From the NCBI GenBank assembly GCA_963842525.1, contig CAWJGT010000020.1:32001-96000 (forward strand): 64,000 nt of DNA, given 5' to 3'. The notes beneath the pieces are model-generated. The model searched no databases. It worked only from the letters and a program-made list of their open reading frames with translations, and was not told the origin of the DNA. Shown here one piece after another: positions 1 through 10,357 of the stretch. Each line of letters starts with the position of its first letter. Positions within the stretch are counted from its first letter, which is position 1. The position numbers and the translations under genes were made by a program. Source of the stretch: an uncultured Holophagales bacterium (GTDB lineage Bacteria; Acidobacteriota; Thermoanaerobaculia; Multivoradales; UBA5704).

Positions 1-1468
1 GGATCCGCCGTCTCCGCCACCGCTTGTGGTCTGGATGGACGATCAGCTCCCCGATAGGGAAGAAATCGAGCTGCGGCAGGCCGATCCTTCGAGCCTGGCC
101 TACGTCATCCACACCTCGGGCTCAACCGGCGAGCCCAAGGGCGTCTGCATCGACCACGCCGGCCTCCTGCGGCTGGCGGCGTGGTACCGGCGGGCCTTCG
201 ACCTGGGACCCGGGGACCGGTGCTCGCTGGCGGCGGCTCCCGTCTTCGACGCTTCGGTCCTGGAGATCTGGCCCTGCCTCACGGCCGGCGCGGCTCTCTG
301 CATCCCCCCGGAGGAGGTCCGCCTCTCTCCCGGCCGTCTCGTGCGCTGGATGGCGGAGGAGCGGATCACCGTCTCGTTCCTTCCGACCCCGCTGGCCGAG
401 GCGGTGCTGGCCGAAGATTTCGCGGGCCTCGGGCCATCTCTTCGGGTGCTCCAGACGGGCGGCGACCGGCTGCGGTGCCGGCCGCCCGCTGAGCTTCCGT
501 TCCCGCTGGTGAACCTCTACGGACCGACCGAGGTGACGGTCGTCACCACCGGCGGCCGGGTGGAGGCGATCGGCCGGCCGGAGCTGCCGCCGATCGGCCG
601 GCCGATCGGGCACACGGCTGTCCGTGTGCTGGACCCGGCCCTGCGGCCTCTGCCGATCGGCGCCGCGGGCGAGCTGTGGATCGGCGGCCCGCGGGTGGCC
701 CGCGGCTACCTGGGCCGGCCGGATCTCACGGCCGAGCGCTTCCGGCCTGATCCCTGGGGCGAGCCCGGCTCCCGCATGTATGGCACCGGCGACCGGGTGC
801 GCTGGCTGCCCGACGGCCGGCTGGAGTTCCTGGGCCGGCTCGACGCACAGGTGAAGATCCGCGGCGTCCGGCTGGAGCCCGGGGAGGTCGAGGCGGCGCT
901 GCGGCAGCATCCGGGAGTACGGGACGCGGCGGTCGTGGCGCGCCAGGACGGCCGCGGCGGAGCTCGGCTGGTGGCGTTCGTCGTCCCCGCGGGGAAGGAG
1001 GATCTGCCCGCTGACTGGCGGACCTTCCTGCGGACGCGCCTGCCGGATCACGCCGTCCCCTCGGATTTCGTTCTCCTGGAGGCCCTGCCGGTCACGAGCT
1101 CCGGCAAGGTGGACTGTCGGGCCCTGGCGCGCTGGGAGCTCGGGCCGGACAGCGGTTCGGGCGCTCCGGAATACGTCGCGCCGGCCTCGCCGTTCGAAGA
1201 GTGGCTGGCGGATGCCTGTGCGACGCTGCTCGGCCGGGAGCGGGTGGGGATGCGGGACAATTTCTTCCATTTGGGCGGGCATTCCCTGCTGGCTGCCCAG
1301 CTCGTCGGCCGGTTGCGCGAGGAATGGCAGTTCGATGTGCGCCTCCAGACGGTCTTCGAGACGACAACCCTGGCTGAGCTGGCGGAGCGCATCCTCCAGC
1401 ACGAGTTGGATCAGGTCGACTCCGAGGCCTTGACGGCGATCCTGGAAGACCTCGGGAGCCTGGGGTAG
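1..1468 (+). CDS. NRPS, 3' part (A domain - T domain - acidic C-terminal docking tail); starts before the window
   Basis: A3 LAYVIHTSGSTGEPKG, A5 NLYGPTE, A7 YGTGD, A10 SGKVD; T motif FFHLGGHSL. Code read by eye about DALFQGLVVK (hydrophobic, Leu-like). Confidence 0.92.
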   Translation, partial: DPPSPPPLVVWMDDQLPDREEIELRQADPSSLAYVIHTSGSTGEPKGVCIDHAGLLRLAAWYRRAFDLGPGDRCSLAAAPVFDASVLEIWPCLTAGAALCIPPEEVRLSPGRLVRWMAEERITVSFLPTPLAEAVLAEDFAGLGPSLRVLQTGGDRLRCRPPAELPFPLVNLYGPTEVTVVTTGGRVEAIGRPELPPIGRPIGHTAVRVLDPALRPLPIGAAGELWIGGPRVARGYLGRPDLTAERFRPDPWGEPGSRMYGTGDRVRWLPDGRLEFLGRLDAQVKIRGVRLEPGEVEAALRQHPGVRDAAVVARQDGRGGARLVAFVVPAGKEDLPADWRTFLRTRLPDHAVPSDFVLLEALPVTSSGKVDCRALARWELGPDSGSGAPEYVAPASPFEEWLADACATLLGRERVGMRDNFFHLGGHSLLAAQLVGRLREEWQFDVRLQTVFETTTLAELAERILQHELDQVDSEALTAILEDLGSLG

Positions 1469-1565
1469 GATTCGCTGGCTCCGGGGGGGTGAAGCTCCGG
1501 GGTTCCCGCCCGCGTTTGATCCCTTTGGGCTTCTTCGGGAAGATTCGCCGCACTTCATAGATGTC

Positions 1566-4500
1566 ATGAGCCAGCCGCACGACAAGGCCCCAGAAACCGC
1601 CGAAGGCATTGCCATCATCGGCATGGCTGGCCGTTTCCCGGGCGCGGCCGACCTCGACCGGTTCTGGCGCAACCTGCGGGATGGCATCGAGTCGATCTCC
1701 TTCCTCTCCCGGGAGGAGCTTTTGGCGGCCGGCGTGGAGCCGGTCCTGCTGGACGACCCCCGATTTGTTCCCGCCGGCGGCGTGCTGCCCGGCATCGAGC
1801 TGTTCGACGCTCCGTTCTTCGGCTTCGGCCCGCGCGAGGCCGAGATCATGGACCCGCAGCAGCGGGCGTTCCTCGAATGCTCCTGGGAAGCCCTGGAGTC
1901 GGCGGGCTACGACACGGACGGCTACAGGGGGTCGATTGGCATCTTCGGCGGCATGGGGATGAGCAGCTACCTGCTCCGGAATCTCATCTCGCATCCCGAC
2001 GTGCTGGCCGCCGCCGGGCCGCTCCAGATCCGCATCTTCAACGACAAGGACTTCCTTGTCTCGCTGGTCGCCTTCAAGATGGGGCTCACCGGGCCGAGCA
2101 TCAACGTCCAGACCGCCTGCTCGACGTCGCTGGTGGCGACCTGCCTGGCCTGCCAGGCGTTGCTCAACTTCCAGTGCGACATGGCCCTGGCGGGCGGGGT
2201 GACGATCGCGCTGCCCCAGGCGGGCCAGACGCCGATGGACGGGGTCTCTTCACCGGACGGCCACTGCCGGGCCTTCGACGCCAGGGCCGAGGGGACGGTA
2301 GGGGGGAGTGGTGCCGGGGTGGTGGTGCTCAAGCGCCTGGCCGACGCGATCGAGGACGGCGACACGATCCGGGCGGTCATCAAGGGCTTCGCCACGAACA
2401 ACGACGGCTCGCTCAAGGTGGGCTACACCGCCCCTGGAGTGGAGGGTCAGATCGAGGTGATCGCCATGGCCCAGGCGGTTGCGGGCATCCGGGGCGATTC
2501 GATCACCTACGTCGAAGCGCACGGGACCGGCACGCCGCTCGGGGACCCGATCGAGGTGGAGGCCCTGACGGAGGTCTTCCGATCGGCCACGGACCGGACA
2601 GGCTATTGCGGGTTGGGATCGGTCAAGACCAACATCGGCCACCTGGACACGGCGGCAGGCGTGGCGAGTCTGATCAAGACAGTGCTGGCCATGGAGCACG
2701 GTGTGATCCCGCCGAGCCTCGGCTTCGAGCGGCCCAACCCGCAGCTCGATCTGGTGAGATCGCCGTTCTACGTGCCGACCGCGGCGCGGGAGTGGCGGAC
2801 GGACGGCATTCCCCGGAGGGCCGGCGTGAGCTCGTTCGCCATCGGCGGGATCAACGCCCACCTGGTCCTGGAGGAGGCGCCCGCGCTGGTGCCCGCGCTG
2901 GTGCCTGCCGACCCGCCTCCGCCCTGGCATCTGCTGGTGCTGTCTGCACGGACGGAGACGGCTCTGGAGAGGGCGACTGAGAATCTGGTCCGGTATCTCC
3001 GGGAGCAGCCTGCGGGCGAGACGCCCGCGGTCCCAGGGGTGGCGGACGTGGCCTATACGCTCCAGGTGGGCCGAAGGGCATTTCGCCACCGCCGCATCCT
3101 GGTCTGCCGGGATCGGGAGGATGCGATCACGGCCCTGGAAGCACGGCGCTGGCTCGACGGAGCGGCCGAGCCCCGGGATGAGACGGTCCAGCCGGAACCG
3201 TTCACAGCGATGAGCGACCCGCGGATGGAGCTGACCGCCCTCGGCAAGCTCTGGCTCTCGGGAGCCCGCATCGACTGGTCCTCCCTCTGGGCCGGACAAA
3301 GACGCTGTCGCATCCCGCTGCCCACCTATCCTTTCGAACGCCAACGCTACTGGATCGATCCCGCGAGACCAGCGGCGGCAACGCCTGCGTCCCCCCTCTC
3401 CCGGGAGGCGGGGGGGCGATGGGAGAGGGGGACAGGGGGTGAGGCCCGCCCCCGCCCGCGCCTCCCGAACCCTTACGTCGAGCCCAGGGACGACCGCGAG
3501 CGGGCCGTAGCCGACGCCGTGCGTGACCTCCTGGGCCTCGATCGGGTCGGCCTTTACGACAGCTTCTTCGATCTGGGCGGCGACTCGCTGATGGCGACCC
3601 GCCTGGTGTCCCGCTTGAACGAGACCTTCGGGTGCGGCCTCACCCTGAAGGCGGTCTTCGAGGGTCCCGCGGCGGCCGACCTGGCGCTGCGCATCGAGGC
3701 GCGGGAGCCGGCCGCTTCGGTCCCTGAAGAGGCTCTGCCTGCGGGTCCCTCTCCGATCGAACGCCTGCCGCGGGACGAACGTTCCAGACATACCTTCCCG
3801 CTCTCCTTCGCCCAGCGGCGGCTCTGGTTCCTCGACCAGCTCGCCCCGGGAGACCCGTTCTACAACGTCCCGGCCGCGTCCGAGCTGCTCGGCCCGCTCG
3901 ACCCCGCGATCCTCGCCCGGTGCTTCGAAGAAATCGTCCGCCGCCATGAGACGCTGCGCACCACCTTCGGCGCGGCGGACGGCGAGCCCTTCCAGACAAT
4001 CGGTGATCCACGCCCCTGGATGCTGCCTCTGGTCGACCTCGGCGCATTGCCGGAAGAGGCCGGCCGGACCGAGTTGGAGAGACTGGTGCGCGACGAGGTG
4101 CGCAGGCCGTTCGATCTGGCGCGCGGGCCTCTCCTCCGGACACTCCTGCTCCGGCTGGAGCCCGACCGGCACGCCATCCTGATGACACTCCATCACATCG
4201 TCACCGATGGCTGGTCGAACACCGTGCTCCTGCGGGAGATGCTGGCCCTCTACGAAGCTTTTGCCGCGGGCCGGCCGTCACCTCTTCCCGCCCTGCCCGT
4301 CCAGTACGCCGACTTCGCGGTCTGGCAGCTTCGGCAGCTCGAAGAGGGCCTGCTGGCGGACCAGCTCGCCGCGTGGAAGGAAAACCTGGAAGGACTGCCG
4401 CCGGCCCTCGAGTTGCCGGCCGACAGGCCGCGTCCGGCCGTCCAGGGATTCGCGGGTGCCCAGGTTCCGGTCCGCATCGCGGCCGAGCTGACGGAGGCGC

Positions 4501-7500
4501 TGCGACGGCTGGGACGGGAGGAGGGCGCCACCCTCTTCATGACCCTGCTCGCCGCGCTGGACGTCCTGCTCTTCCGCCATACCGGGCAGGAGGACTTCGC
4601 GGTCGGCGTCCCCGTGGCCAACCGCACCCGGACCGAGGTCGAAGGGTTGATCGGCTTCTTCACCAACACGCTGGTGCTACGCGCGCGGCCCGACGCCGCC
4701 GCGAGCTTCCGCGAGCTGCTGCGTCAGGCCCGGGACACCGTTCGAGAGGCCCTGCAACGGCAGGATCTCCCGTTTGAGAAGCTCGTCGAAGAGGTCCAGC
4801 CGCAGCGCGACCTCTCCCGGTCCCCCCTCTTTCAGGTGATGCTCGTGAGCACCCCGCTGGACGAGACGAAGCTCCCCGACCAGGTGCGGCGCCTCGGCAT
4901 CGATCCCGGGGTCGCCCGGTTCGACCTGCTCTTCGACCTGAGCGAGAGCGGACGCGGGCTCTCCGGCTTCCTGGAATTCAACAGCGACCTCTTCGACGCC
5001 GCGACCGCCCGGCGTCTGGTGGAGAGGCTGGAGGTGGTGTTGGCAGGGGTTGCGGACGATCCGGACCGGAGAGTGGGGGAGCTGCCTCTGATGTCAGAGG
5101 AGGAGTGGAGCGCGGCGGTGGCCCCTCACCCCCCGACCCCCTCTCCCATCGCCCCCCCTGCCCCCGGGAGAGGGGGAGACCTGCTTGTTCATGATCTCGT
5201 CCAGGCCCAAGCCGCGCGGACGCCCGACGCTCCGGCGGTGATCGGGCTCGACGGCGACGAGGTCACCTATCGCGACCTGGTGCAGCGGGCGAACCGGCTC
5301 GCGGGGCACCTGCGCCGGCTGGGCGTCGGGCCGGAGGAGCGGGTGGCGTTGAGCCTTGAACGCTCCCCCGAAGCGCTGGTGGCGGTCCTTGCCGTCCTGA
5401 AGGCCGGTGGGGCCTATGTGCCGATCGACCCTTCCTATCCCGAGGAGCGGCGGCGGTTCATGCGGGAGGACTCCGGTGCCGCCGTGCTGCTGGATGGGGA
5501 GTTGCTCCGTGCGCTGGAAGCGGCAGGAGATATCCCGTTGCCGCCGAGAATGGAGGTAGATCCGGACAATCCGGCCTACGTGCTCTACACGTCGGGCTCG
5601 ACCGGCTGGCCCAAGGGGGTCACCATGCCTCATGGTGCGCTGGCCAACCTGATCTCCTGGCACGTGGCGCACCTTCCTGGGCAGCGGCGGACGCTACAGC
5701 TCGCGTCGCTGAGCTTCGACGTCTCGTTCCAGGAGATCTTTGCCACCTGGGCCGCGGGCGGCGCGCTGGTGCTGGTCTCGGAGGACGAGCGGCGCGACCC
5801 GGCGGCGTTGCTCGCCCTGCTCAGGAAACGCGCGGTGGAGCGGCTTTTCCTTCCTTTTGTCGCCCTCCAGCAGCTCGCCGAGGCGGCCGGAGAAGAAGAG
5901 CGCCTGTCCACATCCCTCCGCGAGGTGATCACGGCGGGCGAGCAGCTCCGGATCACTCCGGCTGTCGCCGCTCTGTTCCGCCGCTTACCGGGAGCGCACC
6001 TCTACAACCACTACGGTCCGACCGAGGCGCATGTCGTCACCGCCTATCCGCTCCAGGGTGATCCCGCGGACTGGCCGCCTCTGCCGCCCATCGGCCGGGC
6101 GATCCCCGGGACGCGTGTCCTCGTGCAAGACCCGGCCGGCGGGCCAGCCCCGCCCGGGGTCGCCGGCGAGCTGTTCCTCGGCGGCGTCTGCCTGGCGCGG
6201 GGCTATCTCGGCCGGCCGGATCTGACGGCCGAGCGGTTCGTCCCCGATCCGTTCGCGGGCTTCCGAGGCGAGCCGGGCGCCCGGCTCTATCGCACCGGCG
6301 ATCGGGCACGCCGGCGGACCGACGGAGTCCTCGAGTACCTGGGCCGGCTCGACAAGCAGGTCAAGGTCCGCGGCTACCGGATCGAGCCTGGGCGAGGTCG
6401 AGGCCGCGCTGGCCGCGTGCCCAGGTGTGGCCGAGGCCGTCGTAGGCGTGCGCGAGGTGGGGGAGGGAGACCGCCGCCTGGTCGCCTGGCTGGTGCCGAA
6501 GCCGGAGAGCGCGCTGGACGCCGCCGGCCTCCGTGCGCTCCTGGCCGCCCGCCTGCCCGAGCACGAGGTCCCCTCGGCGTTCGTCTTCGTGGACGCGCTG
6601 CCGCTTACGCCGAGCGGCAAGGTGGACCGCCGCCGGCTGGCGAGCCTCGCTCCCGATCCGGCCAGGGCCGAGCCGGAGGCGGAAGGCGCGGTCCCGCGCA
6701 CGCCGGCCGAGGAGATGCTCGCCAGGCTCTTCGCCGAGGTGCTCGGCCTGCCGCGGGTGGGGATCCGCGACGATTTCTTCGCCCTGGGCGGACACTCGCT
6801 CCTCGCCACCCGGCTCGTTGCGCGGGTGCGGACCGCTTTCGGCGTGGATCTCCCCGTGCGGGCACTGTTCGAGGCGCCCACCGTGGCGGCTCTGGCGGCG
6901 CGGATCGAGTCGCTCCGCCGGCACGACCAGGGGATCTCTGCGCCGCCACTGGCCCGCATCGATCGCACAGGGCCGCTCCCGCTGTCCTTCGCGCAGGAGA
7001 GGATCTGGTTTCTGGAGCAGCTCCAGCCGGGCACGCCGATCTGGAACCTGCCCATCGCCGTGGACCTGCGCGGAGCGCTCCGGCAAGAGGTCCTCGCCGC
7101 CATCCTCGGCGAAGTCGTCCGCCGGCACGAGGCGCTCCGGACCACCTTCCGGACGCTCGCCGGAAAACCTGTCCAGGAGGTCCGGCCCGCCTCTCCCATC
7201 GCTCTGCCGTTCGTGGACCTCGGGAGCCTGTCCGAGGAGGACCGTTACAGCGAGGCAGAGCGTCTCGCCGTTCTCTGGTCCCGCGAGCCGTTCGATCTCC
7301 AGAGCGGGCCGCTGCTCAGGGCGGCACTGCTGCGGCTCGGAGCGGAGCACCACCGGCTCGTGCTGGCGATGCACCACATCGCCGCGGACGGCTGGTCGCT
7401 GGGCGTCCTGGTCCGGGAGATCTCGATGCTCTATTCGCTCCTTGCCGCGGTCCCGGCCCCTCACCCCCGGCCCCTCTCCCATCCGCACTCCCCGACCCCC

Positions 7501-10357
7501 GGGAGAGGGGAGTCGCGAGAGTCAGATGCTCCAGCGCTTGCGGATGTCCTCCCCCCTCTCCCGGGGGGCTGGGAGTGCGGATGGGAGAGGGGGGCCGGGG
7601 GGGTGAGGGACTTTGCCTTGCCCGAGCTGCCGGTCCAGTACGGGGACTTCGCGGTCTGGCAGCGGGAGTGGCTGCGCGGCGAGGTCCTCGATCGCCTGCT
7701 CGCAGCGTGGCGCGAAAGGCTCGTGGGGGCGCCGCCGGCCATCGAGCTGCCGACCGACCGGCCGCGCCCGCCCGTCCAGGGCACCCGCGGCGGTAACGCG
7801 CTCGTCCGCCTCGGCCAAGAGACCTCCGCCGCCCTGGCCGCCCTCGCGCGGGCGGAAGGGGCGACCCCGTTCATGGTCCTCCTCGCCGCCTTCCAGGCTC
7901 TGCTCCAGCGCCTCGGCGGGCAGGACGACCTCGTGGTCGGCACACCGGTCGCCGGGCGCGGCCGGGAGGAGCTGGAGGGGCTGATCGGCGTCTTCATCAA
8001 CGCCCTTCCCCTGCGCACCGACCTGTCGGGCCGGCCATCCTTCCGCGAGCTGCTGCGGCGGGTCCGCGAAACGGCGCTCGACGCCTATGCCCTCCAGGAC
8101 CTCCCGTTCGAGAAGCTCGTCGAGGAGCTGCACCCGGTGCGTGACCTCTCCCGGGCCCCGATCTTCCAGACCATGCTCATCCTGCAGAACGCGCCCCTGG
8201 GGCCGCTGGAGCTGCCCGGGCTCGCTCTCGAGACCCAGCCGGTCGACAACGGCACCGCCAAATACGAGATGCTTCTCTCGCTGGCCGAAGAGCGGGAAGA
8301 GGTAGCCGGCACCCTCGAATACAGCGCCGACCTCTTTGACTACGCCACGGCCGAGCGCCTAGCCCGCTATTTCGGTACCCTGCTGGGCGAGGCGATTGCC
8401 GATCCTGTCCGCCCGGTCCTCCGCCTGCCGCTCCTGTCCACGGTGGAGCGCGAGCAGCTCCTGGCCGACTGGTCTCTCGGCCCGACTCTGGAGCCGTCCA
8501 GCGCCTGCCTGCACGAGCTGTTCGAGGCGCGGGCGGATGCTGCGCCGGGGTCGGTGGCGCTCTCCTGGGCCGGCCGGGACGTGACCTGCGGCGAGCTGGA
8601 CGCCCGGGCCAATCAGCTTGCGCGCCACCTGCGGGAGCTGGGCGTCGGACCGGAGGTGCGTGTGGGCATCTGCCTGGAGCGCTCTCCCGAGATGGTCGTG
8701 ACCATCCTGGCGGTCCTCAAGGCGGGAGGAGCGTACGTGCCGATGGAGCCAGGTCATCCTGCCGCACGGCTGGTTCTGATGGTGGAGGACACGGCCATGC
8801 CGGTGCTCCTCGCCCGCCGCGGGCTGGCCGCCTCGCTGTCGGTGACCGGCGACAGGGGCGTCCGGGTCGTCGATCTGGAGGAGGACCGACAAACGATCGA
8901 GAGCCGGCCGGCGTCCCGTCTTGCTCCTCTGGCAACGCCCGGGAAATCTGGCCTTACGTCCTCTACACCTCGGGCTCCACCGGTGTGCCCAAGGGGGTGG
9001 CGATCGCGCACCGGAGCGCGGCAGCCCTCGTGCGCTGGGCCCGCAGCGCGTTCCAGCCGGACGAGCTGGCCGCGGTGCTCGCCTCGACCTCGATCACGTT
9101 CAACCTCTCGGTCTTCGAGCTGTTCGCGCCGCTCGCCGCCGGAGGGCGGGTCGTGCTGGTCGAGAACGCCCTTCGGCTTGCGGAGCTGTCTGGAGCCGAG
9201 GGGGTAACTCTGGTGAATACCGTACCGTCCGCCATGACCGAGCTGGTGCGTATGCGGGCCGTTCCAGCCGCGGTGCGGGCGGTGGCTCTTGCCGGAGAGC
9301 CGCTGCGGCGGCGTCTGGCCGCGGACCTCCACGAGCTTGGCGTGGCGCGGGTCCTCAACCTCTACGGCCCCTCGGAGGCCACCACCTACTCGACCTTCGC
9401 CGAGGTCGGGCCGGGAGACGCGGCGGAGCCGTCCATCGGCCGGCCGATCGCCGGCACCCGGGCCTACCTGCTGGACCGGGAGCTGGAGCCGGTGCCGGTC
9501 GGAGTGCCGGCCCAGATCTGCCTGGCCGGCGAGGGCCTGGCCCGCGGCTATCTGGGCCGGCCGGACCTCACCGCGGAGCGCTTCCTGCCCGATCCATTCT
9601 CTGGGGAAGCGGGAGGCCGGCTCTACCGGACGGGCGACCTGGCGCGCTGGCGGCCGGACGGCGATATCGAATTCCTGGGGCGCTTCGACCACCAGGTGAA
9701 GGTGCGCGGGTTCCGCATCGAGCTGGGCGAGATCGAGGCGGCGCTCGTTCGCGAGCCGGAGGTCGCCGAGGCTGCTGTGGTCGTGCAGGAAGATGCGGGA
9801 GGCCGGCGGCTGGTGGCCTGCCTCGTCCCCGCGTCCGGGGCCGAGGATCTGGACCTTGGCCGGCTGCGCAGCGCCCTGCGGACCCGTCTGCCGGAGCCCA
9901 TGGTGCCCGCGGCCTTCGCCGTGCTTCCTGCACTGCCCCTCACTCCCAACGGCAAGATCGACCGCCGTGCCCTCGCTGGACTGGCCGAGACGTCCGCGGC
10001 CCCCGCCCGGTCGACCGCGAGGGAGCCGGAGGCTCCGAGGACGAGCTCGAAACCTGGCTGGTCGAGGTCTGCGCCGATCTTCTCAACATCGAGCAGGTGG
10101 GAATCCACGACAACTTCTTCGACCTCGGGGGGCATTCGCTCCTGGCCATGCAGCTCGTCGGCCGCCTGCGGGAGGAGTGGGGCATCGCCCTGCCGCTCCA
10201 GGCGGTGTTCAACGCGCCCGACCTTGCGAGCCTGGCCGACCGGATCGCCGAGGTCGAGCTGCTCTCGGCGGACGACGACGAGCTGGCGGAGATGCTCTCG
10301 GAGCTCGAAGGCCTCTCGCCCGAGGATCTGAAAGTCCTTCTCGCGGGAAAGGGATGA
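1566..10357 (+). CDS. Hybrid PKS/NRPS: KS-ACP-C-A(Pro)-T-C-A(Ala-like, D235N)-T, no AT domain; frameshifted near 6390, 8945-8960 and 10020-10035
   Basis: KS motifs NDKD, VQTACSTS, EAHGTGT, KTNIGHL; ACP FFDLGGDSL; C domains HHIVTDG and HHIAADG; first A code DVQFIAHVVK. Joined from ORFs 1566..7796, 6427..9207, 8985..10331 and 8921..10357. Confidence 0.88.
3012..3038. repeat. Palindromic element family C, single arm, in frame in the post-KS region (AGETPAVPG)
   Basis: gcgggcgagacgcccgcggtcccaggg is one mismatch from the arm at 18304-18330 and similar to 63397-63424. Confidence 0.8.
3390..3444. repeat. Palindromic element family A, right arm, in frame in the KS-ACP linker (SPLSREAGGRWERGTGGE)
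   Basis: cccctctccc...gatgggagagggggacagggggtgagg; internal hairpin; matches 28538-28596 and 12055-12107. Confidence 0.9.
5122..5177. repeat. Palindromic element family A, left arm, in frame in the C-A linker (PHPPTPSPIAPPAPGRGG)
   Basis: cctcaccccccgaccccctctcccatcg...gggagaggggga; near reverse complement of 3390-3444. Confidence 0.9.
7457..7609. repeat. Palindromic element family A, full two-armed copy, in frame inside a C domain
   Basis: Inverted arms about 7457-7511 and 7550-7609, sharing ctctcccatccgcactcc/ggagtgcggatgggagag. Adds about 50 aa between LYSLLAAV and LPELPVQY. Confidence 0.92.

Noticed and set aside
2880-2903. 12-bp tandem duplication (PALV PALV) after the KS
   Set aside because: Ordinary slippage in a linker.
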